A DNA stretch of 63,520 bases. Source: Carcharhinus longimanus (Eukaryota). The stretch covers positions 56,731,487 to 56,795,006 of the forward strand of contig JASCQW010000027.1 in the NCBI GenBank assembly GCA_030264375.1, in the 5' to 3' direction. Positions within the stretch are counted from its first letter, which is position 1, and each line of letters begins with the position of its first letter. A program made the position numbers and the translations under genes. Positions 39,648-49,855 of this stretch are shown piece after piece. Under the pieces are notes generated by a model, which ran no database searches, was not told the DNA's origin, and was given only the letters and a program-made list of their open reading frames with translations.

Positions 39648-40819
39648 AGCATGTAGATAATCGCAAACTCGGGTACAGAATTTTGCCAAGATGGAGAACC
39701 GTTCCATCTTCGGAAAAATGCAGCAAATACCTACGTGTTCCAAGTTTCACCCCTGAACATTTCCCACCTTTATGGGAACAGGATTGGAATCAGTCAGGGT
39801 TCACAAGTGCACAATTTAAATTACCAGCCGTCTCCACAGAAATGGGATTTTGAAAGAACAGGAGTGTGGAACCCAGAGTGTACAGAATACAATAAGTAGG
39901 AGGAGGCTAAACTTGGTGGATGTGCTTGGATAACCAGGGTACCTCTTTGGAGAGTTGAGCTACTCCTTGGAAGGGTTTTGGCCTTTGGTAGAAGTATAGC
40001 ACCCTTTGGGATTGTTAAAAGTGAACATTATTAAAACTGTCAAGCTATCAAAGAGCTGTCTATCTGTCAAGGAACTGTCCAGCACTCAAGAAACTGTTAA
40101 AGGTCTGGCCAACTGTCAAACCTGTCTGGGAAATTTTAAACCTGACAAATCTGTCACCATCCAGAAAGTGTCAAATCTGTCCAATAAGTGTCAGTTAAGA
40201 GCTTTCAATCAGAGCTTTCAAAGCTATCCATGAAAAGGCAAACCTGTCAAAGCTATCCAGATAGCATCAAAGACATCAAGGAGCTGTCCAAGGATACTAG
40301 ACAAGTTGACATGGAGGGGGTAAGGGCAAAGGGTGGTGGGTGGGATGCATGGGTTAGCATTATTTGGCATTAAGCTCCCAAGCGGGTATGAATCATAGGG
40401 CATAGGTTGGGTAGAAGGCATTAAGTTAGCATAAGAGTGGATAGATGGACAATAAGTTGCTATAGGGAGCACATGGGTCATGGATGGTGGGTGATGGGCA
40501 TGGTTTGACATGGATAGGGCATGGGGAATGTATGAGAGTGAAATGTGGTGAGGGGTGAGGCTGGAAGAATGGTTTTGTTTATTTAAACACAATGCCAGAG
40601 CACCGAAGCAGGCCTTGGGCCCAGCCCACCTCTACACCCTGCAGCTTACGCATTTACTCCAGGTCCCAACTCCTGATTCAGTCCACCACCCCTCCCCTAC
40701 TTCCCAAACTGAAAATCCAACTTGCAGGTGGACATGTTTAATGGTCCAGTTCACCGAGCCAGGAAATCTCCTGACTCCACACACCCGACCAAGTGATAAA
40801 AATGTAGACCTAAATCTTT

Positions 40820-41400
40820 AACAACTACAAAACAAAGCAAGAGAAAATGACCTTTACAAATTCGACAGAAAAGGCTCAACGGGCTAAATATCAGACTATG
40901 CAAAAACAAGCCCAACAGGACAAGGAGAGGAGGGAAAAAAACGCCAGAATGGCAAAAAAAATTTAACAGTATGAAGGCAGTCAGAGATGAGAGTCATTAA
41001 AGATATATGCAGATTCAAAGCAGAGAATGAACACAGTAAATGTTCCCATTGATAGCTTCCTACATGTTTTCATAAGAGATAATGTGAGTACATACCTTTC
41101 CCAAAGGAATTAACCTAGGGAAATTCAGTATAAATGAAACAGAAGTCCTTGCAGGTTTAAATAGGACAGAAGCAATAAATCCACAGGAATAGACAGTATT
41201 TCTCACAGAATGATATAGGAGATTGGGACAGAGATTTGTAATACATTCATAATTATTCCAAGGAAGTCACTAACTGGACAGTGATGAGGTACCATTAGAT
41301 TAGAAAAAAGGCCATTATGATACCCACATCACAAAGGATGACAAATTGGATTCAAGCCATTAGTCTATGTCCCCTGCTGTCCTTCTGGGAGAGTGTGTAT
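40820..41400 (+). mobile_element. Highly degenerate CR1-like ORF2 fragment
   Basis: Remnants resembling the KS.G.D.I.PR and W...II.PI.K...D..NYRP.SL regions. Confidence 0.45.
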
Positions 41401-43091
41401 GGAAATTGGGTGAGGCCAGCAACAGTCTTGGCATGACAGTGATAAACATGATTTTTCCAGATTGATAAATCTGGGAAAGAAACCAAACAGTTATTGGCAC
41501 CCATAAAACTTGGAAAGACCATTAATGAGGAAGAAGGAAAATTTTGGGGATTATAAAGGAACAATGGATGTACTGCAATTTCTATTTTGAAAATTGCAAT
41601 ATAAAGACAGTGCTGATAATTACACCCAATGAACGATAATTTGTATTCAACCCACTTGATGTCAACAAAAATTGAATGTTACTTTATATGCAGCATTAAT
41701 AGAACAGTAAATATTAGTCTCTCCAATTTATAGTGTGTGACACATTGCCTGTTTTGCTCAAAAATCCTTTCTCATTAAACAACCAACTGTTAGAAAAACC
41801 TCGCTGGAATATAATAAAAGGGTTTGATGAAGTAAAATGCAGTTTTGATTTTTTTAAATCAAAGTTAATCTGCATCTAATATTTTCTATGAAAATATGAG
41901 GGAGATTTTGTGAGCCACTGCATTCAATATATTGCAGGAGAAACAGAATGTTATGGCTAGTGCATCATTTGTCCTCAAGCTGTGACTAAGAAACATTGCA
42001 GAGTCTTGCACGTAACCCTGAAAAATTCATAACTGCAGGAAAACATATCCATTCATTACCTGGGAGAACAGAAATGAAATCATACACAACACCATATTTG
42101 CATATAAATCCTAAGTAATGCTATGCTATATTATTATTGGAAAACAGACATACAATGAATGTTTTACATGTTATGGCATGTTTCATATTTACTCAACTAC
42201 AAGAATGCTTTACACTTTACCCTAAATGGTCAAAGTCTTCATCCGCATTTAAAAATAAAGTATAAAATTGTTTTTTGGACGACTCCCCATGAAGAGTAAA
42301 AGTACCTCCACTCTGAGCAGCAGCCCTTCCAAATTACTTTATATGGTAGCAAGCAAAACGGTGTCTGGAAAGCATTAACCTTTCCCTCTCAGTAAGATTT
42401 CTCCACCAAAGTAAAAGCAACTCAAGTGGAGGCTTAGCCTACAAATAGTTAAATTCATATCAATGTTCTCAGATATGTTGTTTAGTGAGTTGTGTTGGGC
42501 AGAGGGAGGAGGGAGAAAGAGAGAAAGAGAGAGAGCAAGAAAAACATTTCGTGTAAGAAGATTAGTCAGTAGATCTGGGGTTAAATTTAAATAGGGCTTC
42601 CAATTCATAAGCACATTTGACCCAGGAGAAAGATTGTCATTAATAAATGTTTAACAAAGTGTAACTGATATAAACAACAACAGTAACTCATATTTATTAG
42701 CATTTTTAACATAACAAAAGTCATTTAATAAGAGTGATACACTGAGCCACAGAAGGAAATAACAGGACAGATGACCCAAAGTTTTAAAACCATAAGCAAC
42801 ACAATTCCATTTTGATGTGCAGTTATTAGTTATAAATAAATCTAATGTCCTTCTCTGATATCAGGTGATAGTAGAATTTTAGTAATACACCCTCTGTGCT
42901 TGTGTAGAAATCCTCACGAAATATTTATTTATTCAACAGGGAAGTGGATAAGTAAAAGATGATGGAAAGTTGAAATGCTGAACATAGATGCGTCAGGCAA
43001 CAAAAATAAAGAGGCATCAATAGTTTCTACAAGGCGTACAACTTAATTCACAGCATACTATCAACGTCAACTGTGCAGAGCAAAAGACGGA

Positions 43092-43193
43092 ATGGATTAT
43101 CTGGCAAACAACCGAGGTTTCAGCCTGATCCTGAATTTCCTTCTAATTATCATTGTGTTGTTATTAATGTTTATTATTGTTAAACTGATGTGA
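43092..43193 (+). CDS. Sarcolipin/phospholamban-like SERCA-regulatory micropeptide (regulin), 33 aa
   Basis: MDYLANNRGFSLILNFLLIIIVLLLMFIIVKLM*; 13 of the last 22 residues identical, without gaps, to the PLN TM in this window, with the stop at the same position; strong Kozak GGAATGG; acceptor TTAATTCACAG at 43053. Confidence 0.82.
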   Translation: MDYLANNRGFSLILNFLLIIIVLLLMFIIVKLM

Positions 43194-45600
43194 TTTTTTT
43201 TCTTCTGCTGAATTCTGTATATTCTTGCTATGTCCTGAAGACTTTGTGCAGCTACTATTGCTTTCAGATCTGGGAAGAAAAAATCCAATCAAAATGCGAC
43301 CACTAATTCGAGACTTACTGTGCTACATATCTGAGAACACGACATTCAATGTCTACAAGGACCTTTGCAATAACTGCTGTGTTTCAAATGTACCAATTGC
43401 AGTCAGGACAAAACACTTAAGAGATTCAAAAGTTGTTCTGAATGTATGATTATTTTCATGGTACATCCTCAATATTTCCAAAATCACATGTAGTTATTTT
43501 CTTTTGCAACGCCACCAAAAATAGATGCAACCAGAGAATTTATGGACATCAGCTAATCAATAATTAGCAGGATTTCATTTCTAAGGTGAATCATTCAGAT
43601 ACGTGTGTTTACCCAGGTGTATCAATGAAATGTTTAAGAAAGGCATTAGTGAGGTACAGCACTTATTACACATCTAAAAGCAGTAAACACTGTCTGATAT
43701 CAGACTCTACTGACATTTCTAAACTTGGTGTCCAGAAAATCAGTATTAAATTCAAGCAGCCAAGGCGGAAGAAAATTTCCAGACTTAATCTGATGGTCAC
43801 CTCTCTAAATTTTTCCCTACACTAATTAATGTCCACTCTTGGGGCATATTTTTCCTCATTTGTGAAATAACCTTGGGACAAAGATGATGGTAGATTTATT
43901 CCTGTGCAGATTTCATACCACATCTGTAATTCAGAATAGCGTATATAATGGAGACAATGCCTTCCACTCTGTATTCAGTCTGGAGTAAATGGCAGCCAGA
44001 AAATAAACTCCAATTGTAACATTAGTCCATGATGCCACAAAATAATAAGATGGAGGTAGAATTATGTCAACCCTTTGATATAAAAGCTGTGAATTCAACT
44101 GTAGTGATAATCTGAAGCCAGGGCTCCCCCAACAGTGCCACAATAAGACAATTCAAACATATAGCAAAGCGTATTGGGGTCTGTACTGATTGTCTCAGCT
44201 GAACAGATTAAAAAGGCACAAGAATATCACATTCAGGAAAACTCGAGCTTTGTGCCTGCTTCACTAAATTTAGTGCACTGCACACTAACACGTGCTGAAC
44301 AATCCCGCTTGGCATGCAATGAAAATGACACTTCTATGAGGAAACTGTTTCGCTGATGTGATACCTTCAAAAATAAACTCAAGATTTTAACCCTTGAACT
44401 CCTTATCAAACTCACAGTGTAGTACAATGAGGTTTATTTTATCTATTCATAGAGGGGGGGATTTTCTGTATGACCCTCCCAACAAAACAATGTTTTCAGG
44501 GGATGGGAGCGATAGAAGAGGCAAGATAATTGAGCGGAAGTCCGAAAATAACCTTTACACCATCAGGATTTCCCCCCTCAATTGTCCTCCACCTCCCTCC
44601 AATGATGTAATGGGGATCATGACTTTAAAAGCTGGCATTTCCATTTGCATTAATTAAAATATGATTATTGTTCCACACATGACATGGTCCATTCACATTT
44701 TAGTACCACGTGACACATTTCCTGCACCATGCACCTGGAGAACAGAACCCATTTGAGGCACACAGCTGAGTACAGCCCCTCTGGGGGAGGAGGGTCATGC
44801 CCAGGGAGTACCCGGGCACTGCTCCTCCCCCCAGCATTGCCCTTTCAAAAGCCTAAGTTGCTGGCGGGGCAGAGTCAATCAGAGCCCCTTCTGCCAGGAT
44901 GATGCCTAGGGACCTGACCCTTACATTCTTTTTCACAAAGTGTTTGAAAATATGGTGGGTCAACCCAGTTGATGGGCTCCCTCTACTATCCCCACCTCAA
45001 AATTATACTCTGGAAAAAAAAATCAGAAAATTCTGGCCAATGTTTGTATTGCTTTCCGAGGTCATGAATGAAGGAATGCTACCTTGGCCTGAATTTCTCA
45101 CCTGTGGGCGTGCACCCTTGGTGGACCCAGGCGTGAAACACATTCACAGATGTGGTTGGTCCCAGAGTGCAATTTCATTCTGCATGGCCATTAATGTAAA
45201 AAAGCTCTGTGAAAAGCTGAGTGCTACTGGAGAGGGCTGGGGAAGATGGCATATGCCAAGAAAAGGGAGGGTGCAGGCTGGCACTTTTAATGTGCTCCCT
45301 CAGCAGATACAGCTGGTGCAGAACTATCTCAGGGAGCTGTAAAAAAATAAATATTGATGCTAAAACTATGCCATGAGTGTCTGGAAAGCATAACCATACA
45401 CACACCTTAGTCCTGGCACATTTGTCAATTTTATTTTAGTCCTGACCTGGAATGGCACGGTGGCACAATAGTTAGCACTGCTGCCTCACAGCTCCAGGGA
45501 TTCGGGTTCAATTCCAGCCTCAGGTCACAGTCTGTGTGGAGTTTGCACATTCTTCCTGTGTCTGCGTGGGTCCCCTCCAGGTGCTCCAATTTCCTCTCAT

Positions 45601-47375
45601 AAGACCATAATCCAGAGCAAGATTAGGGCAGTCAGCCCATTCAGTCTGCTCCGCCATTCAATCATGGCTGATTTCTTTTCTCATCCCCATTCTCCTGCCT
45701 TTTCCCCATAACTCCTGATCCCCTTATTAATCAAGAACCTATGTATCTCTGTCTTAAAAACACTCAATGACCTAGCCTCCACAGCCTTCTGCAGCAAAAA
45801 GTTCCAAAGATTCACCATTCTGGCTGAAGAAATTCTTCCTCATCTCTGTTTTAAAGGACCATCCCTTTAGCCTGAGGTTGTGCCCTCTGGTTCTAGATTT
45901 TCCTATTGGTGGAAACATCCTCTCCATGTCCACTCTATCCAGGCCTCACAGTATCCTGTAAGTTTCAATAAGATCTCCCCTCCAACGAGTACAGAACCAG
46001 AGTCCTCAACTGTTCCTTATATGATAAGCTCTTCATTCCAGGTATCATTCATGTGAACCTCCTCTGGACCCTTTCCAAGGCCAGCACATCCTTTCTGAGA
46101 TATAGGGCCCAGAAATGACTCACAGTACTCCAAATGGGGTCTGACCAGAGCCTTATACAGCTTCAAAAGTACATCTTGCTCTTGTATTCAAGCCCTTTCG
46201 ACATGAATGCTGACATTGCATTTGCCTTCCTAACTGCCGACTGAACCTGCACATTAACCTTAAGAGAGTCTTGAACAATGACTCCCAAGCCCCTTAGTGT
46301 TTCTGATTTCCTAAGCATTTTCCCATTTAGAAAATAGTCTATGCCTCCATTCCTGCTTCCAAAGTGCATAATCTCGCACTTTTCCACATTGTATTCCATC
46401 TGCCACTTCTTTGCCCATTCTCCTAACCTGTCCAAGTCATTCTGCAGACCCCCTGTTTCCTTAATACTACCTGTCCCTCTACATATCTTTATATCATCTG
46501 CAAACTTGGTAACAGTGTCTTCAGTTCCTTCCTCCAAATCATTAATATATACTGTGAAAAGTTGTTGTCCCAGCCCTGACCCCTGAGGCACACCACTAAG
46601 TCACCGGCTTCCATCTTGAGAAAGACCCCTTTATCCCCACTCTCTGCCTACTGCCAATCAGCCAATCCTCTATCCATGCCAGGACCTTACCCATGAGCAC
46701 TTAACTTATTTAACAGTCTCCTTTGTGGCACCTTGTCAAAGGCCTTCTGGGAATCTAAATAAATCATGTCCACTGCTTCTCCTTTATCTAATTTCCTTAT
46801 TACCTCCTCAAAGAACTCTAACAGATTTTTTCAGACATGACCTCCCCTTGACAAAGCCACCCTCAGTCCTATTTTATCATGCACTCCCAAGTATTCTGCA
46901 ATCTCATCTTTAATAATGGACTCTAAAATCTTGCTAATGACCAAAGTTAGGCTAACCAGCCTATAATTTCCCTTCTGCTGCCTCCCTGCCTTCTTAAACA
47001 GTGGTGTCACATTCGCTACATTCCAGTCCTCTGGTACCCTCCCTGCCATGATGTGGAGATGCGTTGTGAGACTTCTTGATGTGTTTACCGTCCCTGCCTC
47101 CAGTGATTCCTGAAAGATCACCACCAATGCCTCTACAATTTCCTCAGCAATCGCTTTTAGAATCCTGGAATGTAGTCCATCTGGTCCAGGTAATTTATCT
47201 ACCTTCAGACCTTTCCGTTTCCCCACAACCTTCTCCTTAGTGATGGCCCCTACACTCACCTGTGCCCCCTGATTCTCCTGGAGCTCTGGCATCCCACTGG
47301 TGTCTTCCACCATGAAAACCGATGCAAAGTGACTATTCAGTTCCTCTGCCATTGCTTTGATTCCTATTATTACTC
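45601..47375 (-). mobile_element. CR1 LINE, about 1.8 kb 3' portion with RT domain, frameshifted
   Basis: PGPDGLHSRILK, WNVANVTPLFKK..NYR.VSLT, PQGSGLG..LF..YINDL, KFADD, W.MEYNVEKC. Confidence 0.95.
47048..47090. mobile_element. Tiny Penelope-derived insertion inside the CR1 RT region
   Basis: ATGATGTGGAGATGCGTTGTGAGACTTCTT.. flanked by direct repeat TCCCTGCC; adds 17 codons to ORF 46831-47379. Confidence 0.65.
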
Positions 47376-49059
47376 CCACAGTCCAATGATGTGCAGATTA
47401 GGTTGATTGGCCATGCTAAATTGACCCTAGTATCAGGTGATTTACAAGAAAATATGTGGGGTTATGGGAATAGGGCCTAGGTGGGATTATGGTTGGTGCA
47501 GACTTTATGGTCAAAATGGCCTCCTTCTGTATTGTAGGGATTCTATGATTCTTTCATCCCACACAGAATCAAAGTTGCAGCTAAAATGTTTAAAGTTTAT
47601 TTATTAAGCTTACATTAATTCTGCAACGAAGTTACAGTGAAAATCCCCAAGTCGCCACACTCATTTGGTGTTTCATTAATTTAAATTAGCTTCTTGATTG
47701 TCAGCAGGTGCGCTTTCAACTAAAATATTGCAGTAGGGTGCGTTAGCAGCTGCCACCTTCTCATGCATTTTTACACACTCCCAGTTGAGTTTGCGCCCAA
47801 ATTTTACACATCAAATTTTGGTCCTTGTGTTCTATATTGCAGAATTACTACACAAAGTGAATACCAAAAATGCTGTGGAGTTCTGGGGGTGTTGTGAAAT
47901 CACCCCCTTTTACATTGTGGGGTAAATTCCTTAGCACCAGAGAAACAAAGAAATAACAGTTGCACAATTGTGAACTCGTGAACTTACTTAAAACTTGCAT
48001 TTTGTTAATTTTTTTTCTGGCTAGCAGACTTTTGTTGATAAGGCACAGCATCTGGCGGATTATAGCCTATGTAGGCAAGCATCATTTATGTTTGCTCTTT
48101 ATTGTTGCTATCTTTGGAGGAGATTTTGATACGTCATTTATTTTAGAGCATTATTGCCAAAGTCTGGTCTTCCATAACTGGTGGCACTGCTGATAGGGGA
48201 GCGGAAAGTCTCTGTATCAACACTGGAGGGTGCAGGTTAAGACTTTACGTTTTGGATTAACAAGAATAGATTTTGGAGTCCTCATCCGTGGCAAGATGAT
48301 TTACATGCTACAAATGAGTGTTGGGGAAAACATGGAAAGTAAACCTGTTATTCTCCAATGCAGAAATAACCAATGCTCTCCATATGCAAGCTGTACCTCC
48401 AAATTTGAGGGCTGGAAGCTGTTGAGAGGTTATCCTATTTAAATTTGTAACAGGTAGTAGTGTCAGTATAATGTTTTCCAAGGTCTGTCAACACTGGTCA
48501 TGTGCGTCTATATGATATCATCACTTCACACTTCATCAACAAACTTAGATATACTACTCTCTGTCTCCTCATCTAAGTCGTTAATATAGACTGTAAATAT
48601 CAGAGAATCCAGCAATGATCCTTGCGGGCACACCACAATTTATTGCTTGCCAACTTGAAAAAGCCCCATTTATGCCCAGACTCTGCTTTCTATCCATTAA
48701 CCAATCTACTGTCTATTTTATTACCCCCAACTTATTAAGCTCATATCTTGTCTATTAACCTTTTATGTAGCACCTTATCGAATACCTTCAGCAAATCTGC
48801 TCTGCTTTATATACCCTCCTCATTACATCCTCAAAAACAAGTAATAAATTTGTCAAACTGGATTTCCATTTCCCAGCTTCTAAATATACTATGCTCTTCT
48901 AAGTGCATTGTTAAGGCTTCCTTAATAATTGATGTCAGCATTTTCCCAACAACTAATTTTAGGTTAACTGATCCATAGTTTATGATTTTCTCTCCTCCTC
49001 CTTTCTTAAAAAGCAGCTTAATAGTTGTCAACTTCCAATCTCATGGGACTCTTTCCAAA

Positions 49060-49332
49060 GTAGTCATGATGTGGATATGCCGGTGTTGGACTGGGGTAAA
49101 CACAGTAAAAAGTCTGACAACACCAGGTTTAAGTCCAANNNNNNNNNNNNNNNNNNNNNNNNNNNNNNNNNNNNNNNNNNNNNNNNNNNNNNNNNNNNNN
49201 NNNNNNNNNNNNNNNNNNNNNNNNNNNNNNNNNNNNNNACTAGCTTTCGAGGTTACCCCCTTCGTCAGGTGAGTGAGTTTACTATCAAATAAATCAGTTG
49301 GACTTAAACCTGGTGTTGTCAGACTTTTTACT
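49060..49332. mobile_element. Penelope-derived fold-back element with hammerhead, spanning a gap
   Basis: TSD-like ACTCTTTCCAAA at 49048-49059 and 49330-49341; same inverted arms as the 21404 and 27545 copies. Confidence 0.85.
49239..49272 (-). ncRNA. Minimal hammerhead ribozyme motif, 3' side cut by the gap
   Basis: ucac-CUGACGA-aggggguaaccuc-GAAA-GCUA-gu. Confidence 0.65.
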
Positions 49333-49544
49333 CTTTCCAAATCCAAGGAATTTTTGGAGAGTCATAGCTAAACCATCTCTGCAGTACCTTAGTGTGTGGC
49401 ATGGATTTGTCAGATTATATTCTTTCAGTATTTTTTCTCTGCAGATATTAATTTCCTTAATTTTCTCTCTTAAGCCCCTGATTTGGGCACCCTTGTGGGT
49501 TCCTATGTGCCCTAATGGCTCCCTTTTCTCCCAGTCGGGGCTAC

Positions 49545-49855
49545 CATAAAATCCCTAGTGCAGAAGGAGGCCATTCATCCCATTGAGCCTGCACTGACAA
49601 CAATCCCATCCAGGCCCTATCTCTGTTTCCCCATGCATTTACCTTGCTAATTCCCCTGACACAAAGAGGCAATTTATCATGGCCAATCAACCTAACCTGC
49701 ACATCTTTAGGCTGTGGGAAGAAACCATAGCACCATGAGGAAACCCATACAGACACGAGAGAAGTGTGTAAACCCCTCACAGACAGTAATCAGAGGTCGG
49801 AATTGAACCTGGGTCCCTGGCACTTTGAGCCAACAATGCTAACCACTGTGCCGCC
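49545..49855 (-). mobile_element. HE1-like SINE
   Basis: Reverse complement of the SINE copies seen elsewhere in the window. Confidence 0.88.

Larger units (their letters stand above)
45452..47550 (+). mobile_element. HE1-like SINE split by a CR1 insertion (halves 45452-45600 and 47372-47550)
   Basis: 5' half stops at ..AATTTCCTCTCA and resumes at CTCCCACAGTCC.. Confidence 0.85.
48460..49400 (-). mobile_element. Degenerate CR1 LINE fragment
   Basis: LFKKGGGEKIINYGSVNL..VVGKMLTSIIK. Confidence 0.8.

Noticed and set aside
43097-43288. 63-aa minus-strand ORF rich in N, I and K
   Set aside because: Antisense shadow of the hydrophobic 33-aa micropeptide.
47960-48193. Hydrophobic 77-aa ORF with DKAQHL in another frame
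   Set aside because: No ATG in a suitable position and no regulin motif; T-rich DNA readily gives hydrophobic translations.
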